Below, in pieces: positions 1 to 13,302 of a stretch of DNA of 64,000 nt. Source of the stretch: Planctomycetota bacterium (GTDB taxonomy: Bacteria; Planctomycetota; Phycisphaerae; WQYP01); contig JAJZJL010000004.1 of NCBI GenBank assembly GCA_021810145.1, forward strand, positions 3,849 through 67,848, in the 5' to 3' direction. Under the pieces are notes generated by a model, which ran no database searches, was not told the origin of the DNA, and saw only the letters and a program-made list of their open reading frames with translations. Numbering within the stretch: position 1 is the stretch's first letter; every line of letters begins with the position of its first letter. The position numbers were made by a program, and so were the translations under genes.

Positions 1-172
1 CAGGACCAGTTAAAATCCCTGCAGGAATTGCTGGTCGTTGAGCAGACCATTGCTCAATTGCAGACCGATCAGAATATACGCATCGCGGACATCGATGCCA
101 TTATCGCTGCGCCGATGTAATACGCCGCACCCGGAACGGGATACAAGCTCGCGTATTCAAACCCGGGCGAAC

Positions 173-1555
173 TTATTTCATTTTCCCCAGGCGGTCATAA
201 AGGGCGGCTGCTGTGCGGATGCCCGCATAGAAGCAATCCAGATCCAGCTTTTCATTGGGGGCATGCAGGTTATCATCCGGCAGGCCGAAGCCCAGTAACA
301 CGGAATCAATTCCCAGCATCTCCTTAAACCATGTCACAACGGGAATGGATCCGCCCTCGCGCACAAATACCGGCTTCTTGCCCATGCCTTCCTCGCACGC
401 CTCCACCGCTGCCGCGATGGCCGGTGAATTCGCCGGTGTCAATGCGGCCGGCGATGCGCTTAAGCGCTCTAATGTGATGGTGACACCCGCTGGCGCAAGG
501 TGGCGGATATGCTTTTCAAATGCTTCGGCAATGGCGATCGCATCCTGGTCGGGTACCAGCCGCATGGAGAGTTTTGCCGATGCGGTGGCCGGCAGAACGG
601 TTTTGGCCCCGGCTCCCTGATAACCGCTGGTTAAACCGTTGATGTCTAAAGTCGGCCGACACCATCGCCGCTCAAGCGTGGTAAATCCGGCTTCACCAAA
701 TAGTTCCGGCACGCCCAATTCCTTCACCAGACTGCTTTCGTCAAACGGCAATGATTTCCACATGGCTCGTAATTCCGGCTCCGGAAGTCGCACATCATCA
801 TAAAAGCCCGGGATGGTCACACGTCCGCGCGCGTCATGGAGCTGGCCTAAAATGTGACTTAAAGCATTGGCGGGATTCGCCACAGCCCCGCCATAAATGC
901 CGGAATGCAGATCGGTATTGGCACCGGTCACGGTCAACTCATAATACACCAGTCCGCGCAAGCCCGTGGTTATGGCCGGTACGCCGGGCGCAAATTGTGA
1001 TGAATCGCTGATAATCAAGGTGCGGGCCGATGCCAGCCGATCGGCATTTTCCGCAATGACCGCGCGGAGATTCGGCGAGCCAATTTCCTCCTCACCCTCA
1101 AGCAGCACGGACAGGCGAACCGGCAATTCGTAAGCAATCTGCTTCCATGCCGCCAGAGCGGCAAGGTGGCAGAATGCTTGTCCTTTGTCATCACTGGCCC
1201 CGCGCGCAAAGAGTTTTCCATTACGCACGGTGGCGGTAAATGGGGGGGAAGTCCAGAGTTGCAGCGGCTCAGCGGGTTGTACGTCATAGTGGCCATAAAA
1301 CAGAATATGTGGCGCATCCGGCGGACACAGGCCATCCGGTGTTGTTGCCAGCACGCACGGATGGCGGGCGGTTTTTACCAGTGTGGCATCCATACCGGCA
1401 CCGCGCAGATAATACGCCGCCCATTGAGCCGCTGCTTGAATGTCGGCATCGTGCTCCGGTTTGGCGGAAACGCTGGGAATCGCCAGCCACGCCTTGAGAT
1501 CCTGCAGCCAGAGCGAACGATTCTTCTCAATCCATAACAATACACTATCCAGCAT
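173..1555 (-). CDS. M20 family metallopeptidase/dipeptidase (ArgE/DapE/PepV-like)
   Basis: Translation contains GHYDVQP and EEEIGS metal-binding motifs typical of the M20 family. Start trimmed to the MLDSVLLW Met (ATG at 1555), because the upstream part of the long ORF overlaps the 3' end of hisF. Confidence 0.7.
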   Translation of the reverse strand: MLDSVLLWIEKNRSLWLQDLKAWLAIPSVSAKPEHDADIQAAAQWAAYYLRGAGMDATLVKTARHPCVLATTPDGLCPPDAPHILFYGHYDVQPAEPLQLWTSPPFTATVRNGKLFARGASDDKGQAFCHLAALAAWKQIAYELPVRLSVLLEGEEEIGSPNLRAVIAENADRLASARTLIISDSSQFAPGVPAITTGLRGLVYYELTVTGANTDLHSGIYGGAVANPANALSHILGQLHDARGRVTIPGFYDDVRLPEPELRAMWKSLPFDESSLVKELGVPELFGEAGFTTLERRWCRPTLDINGLTSGYQGAGAKTVLPATASAKLSMRLVPDQDAIAIAEAFEKHIRHLAPAGVTITLERLSASPAALTPANSPAIAAAVEACEEGMGKKPVFVREGGSIPVVTWFKEMLGIDSVLLGFGLPDDNLHAPNEKLDLDCFYAGIRTAAALYDRLGKMK

Positions 1556-2339
1556 GCTGCAACTCCGGCGTAAGGCGTACATGAACGCCATGTTTGGCAA
1601 GATAATCCTTAACCTGCGGCACGGACCATGTGCGGAAATGGAAAATCGATGCCGCCAGCGCCGCATCCGCTTTTCCGTCCGTGAGCACCTTCAGCAAATG
1701 CTCGGGCTTGCCGGCACCGCCGCTTGCCACCACGGGGATATGCACCGCCTCGCTGACTGCGCGTGTCATTTCAATGTCATAGCCTTCCAATGTGCCGTCT
1801 GAATTCATGACATTCAGTACAATTTCACCGGCACCGCGGGATTCAGCCTCTTTGGCCCAGGCTACAACTTCCCGCCCCGTGCCAACCCGACCGCCATTGA
1901 CAAAAACTTCCCAGAATTCGCGGCCGTCCGGCTTTTTCACCCGATTGGCATCCAGCCCCAGAACCGTGGCGCAGCGGCCGAATTTGCGGGCAATGCGGGA
2001 AATTAAATCAGGGTCCTTCACCGCCGCGGAATTCAGACTGACCTTTTCCGCGCCGGCCTGAATCAATTTTGTGGCGTCATCAAGCGTGCGAATGCCGCCA
2101 CCAACCGTGATCGGCATGAAAACGCTGTCCGCTACGCGGCGCACCACATCGACCATAATCTGCCGGCCCTCGTGGCTGGCGGTAATATCGTAAAAAACCA
2201 GTTCGTCCGCCCCGCACTGATCATAAAAAAGAGCCTGTTCAACCGGATCGCCGGCATCCACATGGTCAAAAAACTTCACGCCTTTGACCACTCGGCCGGC
2301 ATCCACATCAAGACACGGAATAATTCGCTTCGTCAACAT
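1545..2339 (-). CDS. hisF: imidazole glycerol phosphate synthase cyclase subunit HisF
   Basis: 264 aa. N-terminus [23 protein letters not shown] and the (beta/alpha)8 HisF pattern are conserved throughout. Confidence 0.9.
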   Translation of the reverse strand: MLTKRIIPCLDVDAGRVVKGVKFFDHVDAGDPVEQALFYDQCGADELVFYDITASHEGRQIMVDVVRRVADSVFMPITVGGGIRTLDDATKLIQAGAEKVSLNSAAVKDPDLISRIARKFGRCATVLGLDANRVKKPDGREFWEVFVNGGRVGTGREVVAWAKEAESRGAGEIVLNVMNSDGTLEGYDIEMTRAVSEAVHIPVVASGGAGKPEHLLKVLTDGKADAALAASIFHFRTWSVPQVKDYLAKHGVHVRLTPELQHAG

Positions 2340-2809
2340 GCCTGGATTATAAAGATTTCCTGATTTTTAACACCATGGGCTCCAAATTTCCGGCACCTCG
2401 GGCACGTGTCGCGTTTCGCGCCGGGGGCGGCATGCTCCATAGCCAGGCATTGCAAGATACCGCGCGATCCCGGCAATTTCGCGTGGCTTAACAGCCACGC
2501 GTTTTCATTCCGACAGCGATTGGGGCGGCTGCCATGATGGCGTTTTCTCCGGAGTCCCGATGGCCATGGGAATGGAACCCCGCGAGCAATTGGCCATTGA
2601 CCCGCCACGCCACGTCCCGCTGGCGGGAGCGTTTATCTGTGGTTAAGCAGCGGCCAATTTAACTTGGGCTTGGCAGATGGCGGATGGCGGTTGTCATTCA
2701 GGGCTGACAATGGTAGAATCGCTGGATTATCAGGGTGTGCTAACCGGATGGTGTTCCACTCTGATTACTGTGTTGGAACTTTAACAACAGAGGAAATCGG
2801 GTTTAAGAC

Positions 2810-3739
2810 ATGACGACCGTAACCGCTTCTCCAATCGTAAATGCATCCACACCGCGTGACCCAAATAAGGCTAAATCCCTTTTTGAGCAGGGCATGAAAG
2901 CTGTGCAAGCCGGTAATATCATCCAGGCTGCGGAAAAGCTGGAAGAGGCTTACACCGCCGATCCGGAAAATGAGGATGTGGCCTTCAAGCTCGCCTATTA
3001 TGCCGATCTTCTCGGCGATGATGAGCTGTCGCTTTCAATTTATGAAGCCTTGGCGCAACGGCAACCCACCCGTGAGGGCGTGTTGTTGAATTTGTCCGTG
3101 CTGTATGAAGATGCCGGCTATTATGATGAAGCGGAGGAATGTCTGCATCGTCTTTTGTCGATCAAGCCCAACAATCCGCATGGGCGGATGTACTATGAGC
3201 ATGTGGACAGCTCGATGTATATGGAAGTGCAGGATGATTCCGACAAGCGCATATTGCCACGGAATATGCTTTTGGAACTGCCAACAACCGATTTTGAACT
3301 TTCCGTGCGTGCCCGCAATTGCCTCAAGAAAATGAACATTCGCACCCTTGGTGATCTGGTGCGCACCAGCGAGGCGGAACTGATCAGTTACAAAAATTTT
3401 GGTGAAACCAGCCTGGATGAAATCCGGGAAATGCTTGCCAAAAAGGGCCTGCGTCTGGGACAGGCCGTTGATGAAGCCCGGCAGCAGCAGCGGCAGGAAC
3501 TCATCAAGCAGGTGGCGGCGAAGGTGCCGGAAGCAGTCTTGAATAAGCTGGTAACGGAAATGGACCTTTCGGTTCGTGCCAGCAAGGCGCTGCAGCGTCT
3601 GGGAATTAATACATTGGGCGATCTGGCCAGCCGCACCGAGGCTGAGCTTATGGGCGTTAAGAACTTCGGCCAAACCAGTCTGGAAGAAGTCAAGCAGAAG
3701 CTCACCGAGTTTGGCCTGTCATTGCGTCGCGTTGAATAA
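2810..3739 (+). CDS. TPR-like protein with two tandem RNA polymerase alpha-subunit C-terminal-domain (alpha-CTD) repeats
   Basis: Two ~55-aa repeats (LSVRARNCLKKMNIRTLGDLVRTSEAELISYKNFGETSLDEIREML / LSVRASKALQRLGINTLGDLASRTEAELMGVKNFGQTSLEEVKQKL) match the HhH alpha-CTD fold of RpoA. Confidence 0.6.
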   Translation: MTTVTASPIVNASTPRDPNKAKSLFEQGMKAVQAGNIIQAAEKLEEAYTADPENEDVAFKLAYYADLLGDDELSLSIYEALAQRQPTREGVLLNLSVLYEDAGYYDEAEECLHRLLSIKPNNPHGRMYYEHVDSSMYMEVQDDSDKRILPRNMLLELPTTDFELSVRARNCLKKMNIRTLGDLVRTSEAELISYKNFGETSLDEIREMLAKKGLRLGQAVDEARQQQRQELIKQVAAKVPEAVLNKLVTEMDLSVRASKALQRLGINTLGDLASRTEAELMGVKNFGQTSLEEVKQKLTEFGLSLRRVE

Positions 3740-3798
3740 CAGCGGCATGAAAGGCCCTCCGGATTGCCGGCCGCAGTGCTGCTTTTGCCTGTAAAACA

Positions 3799-5097
3799 TT
3801 GATGAAAAAACATCAATGGTCCGTGAATGTTACTGCAAAGGGGTCATGGATGATCCGCAATTCTTTCGGCCATCGTTTGCCATTTTTCAAACTTTCCATC
3901 GGTGTGCTGCTGGCAGGATCGCTTTTGAGCGGCTGTCAGACGGTTCCGACAAATGTTTCGTATAACACGCTTCCACCACCGCCGGCTGTAGGCTCTTTAA
4001 CTTCCGAGCCGACCGTTGCGGTGGCTCCTCCGGTTACGCCGCCAAGCTTTCCGGCAGTACCGGCCATATTGCCCAAGCCGAAAATTCTCGGGCCGCTGTA
4101 TCCGGGGATTATTCCGATCGCATCCTCGATGCGCGAGCCCTGGATTCGCGTGCGCATTACGCAGGAATCCGCCACGCCACCGTACATTAATCCGCACTTT
4201 TATCGCGGAACCGTCTCGATTGTTCATCTCGCCGATGGAAAATACGCAGCCATCAACAGTCTGCCCATTGAAAGCTATCTTGCCGGTGTGCTCTCGCGTG
4301 AATTGTATGGCAGTTGGCTGCCGGCGACGTATCGGGCGCAGGCCATTGCCGCACGTACGTATGCACTGTATCAAATTGTGACTTTCGGACGCACACACGC
4401 ATGGGATGTTACCGGTGGGCAAAATTCTCAGGTGTATGGCGGGAAAAATGCGGAAACGCCGCGCGCGTGGAATGCGGTTCGAGCGACCACCGGCGATATA
4501 ATGGAAACGCGGAACAGCCAGGAAATGGGCCTGTTTTGCGCGTTTTACTCGGCGTGTAACGGCGGGGCTTCGCAAAGCGCGGCGGAAGCGTGGGGCGATC
4601 CATCGGTTCCCCCTCTGGTGAACCGCCTGTTCGGAACACTGGATGCAAACTGTCCGGAGTTTACCTGGCCGACCATGACGTTGAGCTTGTCCCAGATTAC
4701 CCAGGCTGTGACCTGGTGGGGGCAGAAAAATGATCTTCCATATCTTGCGGAACTCGGTCCCATCCGCTTCGTTCGCATCACGCAGCGCAACGCTGTTACG
4801 CACCGCCCGATGATTATTACACTTACGGATGTCGCTGGTCATGTGGGTAAAATGAGAGCGGAGGAGTTTCGACTGGCTTTGGCGCTGGACCCGATGCGAA
4901 ATGTGCCGGCTCCGCCAAGCAGTTTCTTTCGTATTCAACCGGATGGAAATAATATCGAACTCATTGATGGTCACGGTTTTGGCCACGGTATTGGATTATC
5001 CCAGTGGGGGGCGCAAACACTGGCCCGGCGCGGATGGCGGGCGAGATCCATTCTGCAAACCTATTATCCGCACTCATGGATTCATAAAGAATGGTAA
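3799..5097 (+). CDS. SpoIID/LytB domain protein (putative lytic transglycosylase-like cell-wall enzyme), lipoprotein
   Basis: Lipobox LLAGSLLSGC. Central SpoIID-like segment AGVLSRELYGSWLPATYRAQAIAARTYALYQ. True start may be the internal Met at ~3850. Confidence 0.65.
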   Translation: MMKKHQWSVNVTAKGSWMIRNSFGHRLPFFKLSIGVLLAGSLLSGCQTVPTNVSYNTLPPPPAVGSLTSEPTVAVAPPVTPPSFPAVPAILPKPKILGPLYPGIIPIASSMREPWIRVRITQESATPPYINPHFYRGTVSIVHLADGKYAAINSLPIESYLAGVLSRELYGSWLPATYRAQAIAARTYALYQIVTFGRTHAWDVTGGQNSQVYGGKNAETPRAWNAVRATTGDIMETRNSQEMGLFCAFYSACNGGASQSAAEAWGDPSVPPLVNRLFGTLDANCPEFTWPTMTLSLSQITQAVTWWGQKNDLPYLAELGPIRFVRITQRNAVTHRPMIITLTDVAGHVGKMRAEEFRLALALDPMRNVPAPPSSFFRIQPDGNNIELIDGHGFGHGIGLSQWGAQTLARRGWRARSILQTYYPHSWIHKEW

Positions 5098-5130
5098 ATG
5101 CCGGAAATTCAGCATGGCGTTGTCATTGAC

Positions 5131-5166
5131 AAAAAAGGCGGTGAACAAGCTGCCTTGTTCACCGCC
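5131..5166. terminator. Bidirectional rho-independent terminator between convergent SpoIID-like gene and gyrB
   Basis: Perfect 13-bp stem ggcggtgaacaag/cttgttcaccgcc with a 4-nt loop, A6 on one side. On the minus strand the stem is followed by TTTTTT, so it acts as the gyrB terminator. Confidence 0.7.
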
Positions 5167-5197
5167 TTGAAAGCTGTTCCGAGTTGTACCCTCGCAA

Positions 5198-7801
<2,604 letters not shown>

Positions 7802-8190
7802 TCAAAATAAGCCTGATTTTTCCGCTTTCCTCGCCAGGAAATAACAAAGTCAGTATACCGTAAAATCGGTAATTTTCCCAGCGCTAAATCAGGTTGAATA
7901 AAAATGCCCCGCTTTCTTCTGCCGGCAACTTTTTCAGCGACAGGGCTTGGGCGTTGTAATCAGGCGTGGATGCATCCGTACCGGGAAATATCACGGCTTT
8001 TCCGTTGCGCCGATATCCGTTCTACTTGTGGAAAATTCACTCGCTGGGGCCGAAATGTTAGTCGCCCGTTGGACCCCAATGGCCCGGATATGCCTTGCGA
8101 ATCATTCAAAAACCAGAATCATCTCAATGCGGTTGCCAAATCCGACGGCAATTCGAAATCATGGTCACTTGCCCAGCGGCTCCGCAATCG

Positions 8191-8517
8191 TATGGGTGAG
8201 CGTGGTTTGGCCGGCCTGCCGCGAACGCGGCAGGGTGACCGCAGGGAGCATGTGAGCAGTTTGGTCAACCGAGATTCGGCAATTTAGTGGAGCGTATAGT
8301 TCCGTTATTCCGCGATTCGGGAGATTTGCTCATTTAAATATGCAAGCCATCCTATTGATTGCCACTATTTGTCGCATAAGCCCTCAGATGCAGGCAAGCA
8401 TATCCTCAATGACGGCCTTTTGGCCCGCGCTTAAACTTGGTCTGCTGTGGCTTGGCGGCGGAGCGATTGGCCAGTCTGTTGGCGATTCCTTCATCAATCG
8501 CGGCGGCCAGGGCGTGC
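8191..8517. repeat. Direct repeat copy 1 (attL/attR-like), ~98% identical to 19818..20144
   Basis: Identical over ~325 bp except about five substitutions. Contains an orphan copy of the uvrB 3' end. Confidence 0.9.
8406..8517 (-). pseudogene. Orphan 3'-terminal fragment of uvrB (last 37 codons) inside repeat copy 1
   Basis: Minus-strand translation ends ...HALAAAIDEGIANRLANRSAAKPQQTKFKRGPKGRH, identical to the C-terminus of intact UvrB at 20033. Upstream of 8517 the reading frame is unrelated to UvrB. Confidence 0.8.
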
Positions 8518-9042
8518 CTCCTTCGCCGTCGGTGTGGCCTGCGGCCAGGCCCCGCAGGCGTTTTGTTGTCGGTAATGGCCTCTTGGTTTGCGACCGTTTT
8601 CCTTGGCGCAAGTGGGTGGCCAGCCGGCAGCCCGAAGGAGACCCGATGCGAAAAAATCATTTGCATCGTTGTGCATCCCGCACCGCGGCGATTTCGGGGG
8701 TTACGTCAGGTTTCCGGTGCCCCCGCTCAGTCCCCTCGGAAAAGCCAACATGTACGGGAAATAAAAAAAGTGATTTTCTGCTTGCTTTTTTGTTTTTTTT
8801 TTAGTGCTAGTATTACGTTAATGTGTTGATTTCCGCGAGATCATCAATCCCCATATCCTGCTGATCCGCGGGGATACAAAGCCGCATGTTTCGGCATGCG
8901 CGGCACCGCACTGCCGGAAGGCACATGTTAGAGGGCGAGGGTTTACATATATAGCCGCCGGAGAAATTCGGCGTGATACGCGTTGAAGCGTTTTTGTTGT
9001 TCGTTGGCCGCCGTTCGTTAACCATTGCGACTGCGTGGAGAC

Positions 9043-12000
9043 ATGAACAAACGAAGCAAAATCCTTCCCGTGATGGCAGTGGCCGTGGCGATAATTGGAT
9101 TATCGGTATGGGGATGGATTTCGTTGTTCAGCCCGGCTGGCAGAAAGTCTCCCGGTGCCGCCGGAAATCGGGGCGGCGTTGGAATGCAATCGCGGCCTTC
9201 CACGCCCGAGATGATGTCGCCCGCCGAAGTCGCCGCAATCAAGATACCCCGTGGCATTCACCTCGCCAGTTTGCCGTGGCCCTCCGGCGGTGAATTGCCG
9301 AAGGAATTTCACCTGGCGCAACTGCCCTGGCTGCATGACCGTGGCGCGGCGGATATCAGCCGGTTACACATCATTGCCTCTTCAGGCTATGGCACCGGTG
9401 CCTTGGCGAATCCGCTGCATTTAGTCCACCGGGCTTATGTGCCATGGCCGAAATTTCCCGGCTTGACGTTGCCAATAACGGGCAAATTCGTCACGGCCCT
9501 GTGCCGGGATAGTGCCGGAAATATCTGGATTGCCACGGAAGACCATGGGGTTTTTTGCTACAATCCGTCCGCGCCGAAGGGCAGACAGATTCAGCAGTTC
9601 ACCAGACAAAGCACCCATGGCCAACTGGGTAATAACAATATTTATGCATTAGCCTGTGACAACCACGGACGAATCTGGGCCGGCACGCTTAACCATGGTG
9701 TCAGCGTGTATAACGGCCGACGGTGGCAGGCTTACGACATGGTGCAAAATCCGACAAAGCATGTCCTGGCCGGGCCGTTGGGCGATCATGTATTTGCCCT
9801 GAAATTCGACACATTCACCAACCAGATGTGGATTTGCACGGAGGCGGGAATATCTATATATCAGTGTAATCAACGAGCAACGAGCAACGAGACGCTGCGC
9901 TCAACGAACAACGATACACGGCAGAAGCCAGGAGTTGGGAGTGGGCAGTTAGAAGCGCCTGGAAACGCTCCGCTTCGCAATTCCACTCCTGCAACCTATA
10001 ACCTGTCACCTGTAGTCTTCACTGCCGGCACCTGGCACTACCTGACACAGGCGGACGGTTTGCCCCAAAATCCCGATTGCATCGCGTTCAACCCAAACGG
10101 TACGGTCTACGTGGGCACGCAATGTGATGGGGTCGCCATTGCAACGGTCAACGAACAACGAGCAACGAACAATGGCCAGCATGGGAAATCGGGAGTTGGA
10201 GGTGAGAAGTTAGAAGTGTTCGCAAACGCTCCGCTTGCAAAGGCTACGCATCCCCGTCCACGAGTTCCTGGCTTTCATTCCGCCGTGTCCCATGTCACCG
10301 CTTTATCCTATAACCGGCCAGCCTCAGTCTCCGCCGCATATCAGTGGCGTGTTGTTACCGGCCCGTGGAAAATGCCGTTGACCGCCACAGGAAAGGGCCT
10401 GCCGAGCAATCTGATCAACGCCATTGTCTTTGAACCCAACGGCACGCTGATTGCCGGAACCGACGGCGGAATCGGGGTTGCAACCAATCAAAACGCAGCG
10501 TTCGATTCCTCCCCGGCGGATTGGACGTTTATGCGCGGCCGGGATCTCACCGCCAAAGTGGCGGGGTTGTGGCACCCACCCCACCATTGGAAGGCCCCAT
10601 CTCGGAAGGTGTTAAACACGCTGCCGATGGAGGATTACACAACAGCGTTGGCGATTACAGAGAACAGATTACAGGGGAAGACCAACTTATGGCTTGGCCA
10701 TCGGCGGCGCGGCGTTGATGTGTGGCAGTACAACACAGCAGGCAAAATAATCAAGCGCTGGCAAATCCACGAGCCGCAAATCGGCAATTATGTCACCTCC
10801 CTGCTGCCTCTGCCAGGCGGAGCCATGGCGGTGGGCACTTATGGCAAAGGGGCATCGATTATCATGCTGCCGGGGGCAAGTGATGCATGGAAAAATCCCG
10901 ATCGCACCGCCATCCAAACTCATGCGGCCCCCGGCTTTGCTGGGGCGAACGCTCCCACCACCGGGGGACAGGCGGTGCCGGATGGCACCCGCGCCATTCA
11001 CGAGCCCAAACCAGCGGCGGCACCCAACGTGCGGCAACTCGCCGCGTTGTACCAAAGCCTGCTGAAGAATCCTGTTTCGCAGCAAATGATCGGCCCGCCA
11101 GTTGTTCCGATTACCGATGACTGGCGAACCCAGGGAAGCTGGCTGGGGAGGTATGGAAGGTATTGGGCGTGCCTGTTTGCGTGCGGCATGCACGGAGGCT
11201 ACGATTTCGTGTGGCGGCCACGGAGCGTTAGGCTCCGCCATAGTGCAGCCATCGGCCCGCATCGCAGAACGGGCGATATTGTCCAATTCCACACCACGTG
11301 GCCTGCCAGTGCCAGGAAACGTGTGTTGGAGCTGCCCGAGGTGTATCTTGCCCAACGGATTTCCGCCCACAGGGCTAGCCGGAAGAAGGACCGAAGGGAA
11401 ACCGAGCTCGACGATCACGGCGAGACATACCCCTTGGATTGGCAGGGGCCCGGTTTATATGTCTATTTGCATATTCCGCCGGGGGCTTACACGCTGTCAC
11501 TTTATTTCTTCAATAAAGATGGCCATTCCGAGAACAACCGTGATCGCGATTATGTGGTTTCCATGATACCCGTGTCCGCCGGATACCATTTCGGCACCGC
11601 CTCCCGTCCCAACACCGCGCCGCTGGCGAAAATGCGGGGGATCAGCCAGAGCCGGGTGGTGAATTTCTGGGGCGGGGTGTGGAAACGCTTTCTGGTGCGC
11701 GGGCCGGTGAAGTTGGCGATTCGCGTCGCCAAAAATTATTCGTTCAACACCATTCTCCAGGCGGCGATGCTGGACCCGCTTTCGCAACACCCAGCCCCGT
11801 ACTACTATGGGTACGCAGCATGGCAAGCCCACGAAAGCCAGCGGGGAGCGTTCCGCGTTCGGCAGGCCTCTGCCTTGCGAAGCGGGCAATTCTCCGATGA
11901 TGCTCCCGCCAGCCAAGCCGTGTGGCATCGGCATCCTGCCGATGATCCAACAGTCAACACTGGCATAATGCGATCTCAGAACATCCTGAACCTCCTCAGT

Positions 12001-12462
12001 TTACTGGAACACCGCGATCCCGCCACTTGGGCGGCCGGCCAGCAATTAGCGTGCAGCATGATCCTGCGCTGGTGCGTCGCGCGATACGGAGCAATTCCAA
12101 AAAATCCACAGGCTGCGGGGGTCGCTGAAAAATGTTGCTACGCGCTGGATTTATTCCGCCGCTGGGAAGCACTGGAGAAATCGCGCGGTGTGCTGACTTC
12201 AAGGCAGATCGAAAAGGGGCTGCGGCTGGGTGTGTACGCCGCTTCCTTTGCCGGCCTCTCGTTCGGCTTGATTCGGTGGCGGACATCGCAGTTGCGCCAT
12301 CCGTATCGCGTGCTGAGCACGTCCCAGCGGCTGGATTCATCGTGGTGGCTGTTGGACGGGGGCGAAGGGGCTGGAGGCAACAGGGATCGCCGGCGTGGCA
12401 CTGGCGGCGGCGCGCCACGAAGCCGACCTGGCCCCCTCGGCGGGGAGATAAGACGGAAATGA
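9043..12462 (+). CDS. Large membrane-anchored/secreted protein with two-component-regulator-propeller (Reg_prop)-like beta-propeller repeats
   Basis: N-terminal hydrophobic anchor MNKRSKILPVMAVAVAIIGLSVWGWISLF. Repeated blades of the form GNIWIATEDHGVFCYNP / GRIWAGTLNHGVSVYNGRRWQAY / NQMWICTEAGISIY. Two in-frame low-complexity inserts. Gly/Arg-rich C-terminus. Start uncertain (TTG at 9025 or ATG at 9043). Confidence 0.5.
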   Translation: MNKRSKILPVMAVAVAIIGLSVWGWISLFSPAGRKSPGAAGNRGGVGMQSRPSTPEMMSPAEVAAIKIPRGIHLASLPWPSGGELPKEFHLAQLPWLHDRGAADISRLHIIASSGYGTGALANPLHLVHRAYVPWPKFPGLTLPITGKFVTALCRDSAGNIWIATEDHGVFCYNPSAPKGRQIQQFTRQSTHGQLGNNNIYALACDNHGRIWAGTLNHGVSVYNGRRWQAYDMVQNPTKHVLAGPLGDHVFALKFDTFTNQMWICTEAGISIYQCNQRATSNETLRSTNNDTRQKPGVGSGQLEAPGNAPLRNSTPATYNLSPVVFTAGTWHYLTQADGLPQNPDCIAFNPNGTVYVGTQCDGVAIATVNEQRATNNGQHGKSGVGGEKLEVFANAPLAKATHPRPRVPGFHSAVSHVTALSYNRPASVSAAYQWRVVTGPWKMPLTATGKGLPSNLINAIVFEPNGTLIAGTDGGIGVATNQNAAFDSSPADWTFMRGRDLTAKVAGLWHPPHHWKAPSRKVLNTLPMEDYTTALAITENRLQGKTNLWLGHRRRGVDVWQYNTAGKIIKRWQIHEPQIGNYVTSLLPLPGGAMAVGTYGKGASIIMLPGASDAWKNPDRTAIQTHAAPGFAGANAPTTGGQAVPDGTRAIHEPKPAAAPNVRQLAALYQSLLKNPVSQQMIGPPVVPITDDWRTQGSWLGRYGRYWACLFACGMHGGYDFVWRPRSVRLRHSAAIGPHRRTGDIVQFHTTWPASARKRVLELPEVYLAQRISAHRASRKKDRRETELDDHGETYPLDWQGPGLYVYLHIPPGAYTLSLYFFNKDGHSENNRDRDYVVSMIPVSAGYHFGTASRPNTAPLAKMRGISQSRVVNFWGGVWKRFLVRGPVKLAIRVAKNYSFNTILQAAMLDPLSQHPAPYYYGYAAWQAHESQRGAFRVRQASALRSGQFSDDAPASQAVWHRHPADDPTVNTGIMRSQNILNLLSLLEHRDPATWAAGQQLACSMILRWCVARYGAIPKNPQAAGVAEKCCYALDLFRRWEALEKSRGVLTSRQIEKGLRLGVYAASFAGLSFGLIRWRTSQLRHPYRVLSTSQRLDSSWWLLDGGEGAGGNRDRRRGTGGGAPRSRPGPLGGEIRRK

Positions 12463-12516
12463 AGGCGGTGTGTCGCCGCCTCGCGCGTGGTAAGCATTTT
12501 TCAGGAGTACTCGTTA

Positions 12517-12962
12517 TGGAAGCGACCAAGTTGGTAAAAATCACAGGAAAGTGCAGGGTGAGCAGGAGTTTGAGAGCACTCGCCATGGCGGCAGCCCTTG
12601 TGGCGGGATTTGCTGCATTAGGGGCGGGCGGAGGATTGCTGGTTGCACAATGCGAGAATGTTGGCATTCAGACAATTAAGGCCGGTACCATCGATCCACA
12701 CTATGAGACACTTATCGACTGCAGCGCCGATGGCTGGGTAACTTGGAACTGTAAGCAATCCTATTTTGTCGCGACCAAGGACTTTAACCAGTGTTGGGGA
12801 TCGGATTCGGGGTATAACTGCGTAAAGGATGGGAATCAGGGAGGGAAAGAATACTATGGCGGGACATGCAACGATTCCCCCCCCGGAGGGTGCAATGCAC
12901 CTGTAGCCAGTTATCCGACCAGCGTGCCCAACTTTGCGCTCCAGCACTGCACTGGCGGATAA
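12517..12962 (+). CDS. Small secreted cysteine-rich protein (10-11 Cys in ~105-aa mature part)
   Basis: Strong RBS aggag 8 nt before ATG 12517. Basic N-region plus hydrophobic stretch ALAMAAALVAGFAALGA. Mature part rich in Cys/Trp/Gly/Asn (CENVG...DCSADGWVTWNCKQ...NQCWGSDSGYNCVKDG...GGTCNDSPPGGCNAP...HCTGG). The longer track ORF from 12132 overlaps the preceding gene and is rejected. Confidence 0.5.
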
Positions 12963-13302
12963 AATACCCCGGGGCCGCGCACCAGTTGCCACGCAGCCCC
13001 GGCCGCACTGCGCTAAGCTTTTGCCCGGCGGGGACTGCGTCCTTGCTCGGCGGTGTGCAGCGCCTCGACGTGAGTGGCAATCGTGCGCATGGATCATGGC
13101 CTGGGTGCGGGGCCACGGATAGCTGGTCGGCGGCGGGCCGAATTTCCGCCACTCGCGGAATTGGAAGAAAATCAGGGACGCCGCAGCGAGTGAAATCGGG
13201 CCGCCGGAAACTCGCTCTGGCTCCCCTGCGTCGAGCGCTCCAGGGGCGGGCCTCTGGTGAGCGACCGTCTTTAGGTCATCGGTTTAATCGGAGGTAACTA
13301 AC

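Noticed and set aside
1556-1666. N-terminal 37-aa extension of the M20 peptidase ORF.
   Set aside because: It overlaps the last ~120 nt of hisF on the same strand in another frame. The conserved M20 sequence begins at the MLDSVLLW Met.
8340-8829. Plus-strand ORFs of 130-154 aa spanning repeat copy 1 and the island's left edge. The same applies to 19967..20206 in copy 2.
   Set aside because: They lie inside the duplicated uvrB 3' region, antisense or out of frame to it, with no RBS, and are reproduced only because the DNA is repeated. Treated as non-coding.
10687-11418. 243-aa minus-strand ORF inside the 1139-aa propeller gene, plus many other 60-150-aa ORFs antisense to gyrB, uvrB, glnN and infB.
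   Set aside because: They are embedded in longer, motif-supported genes on the other strand. They are GC-driven open frames with no independent support.
12132-12516. Long N-terminal extension of the Cys-rich ORF in the track (start 12132).
   Set aside because: It overlaps the C-terminus of the preceding 1139-aa gene by ~330 bp in another frame. A strong RBS and ATG at 12517 give a sensible signal-peptide protein.
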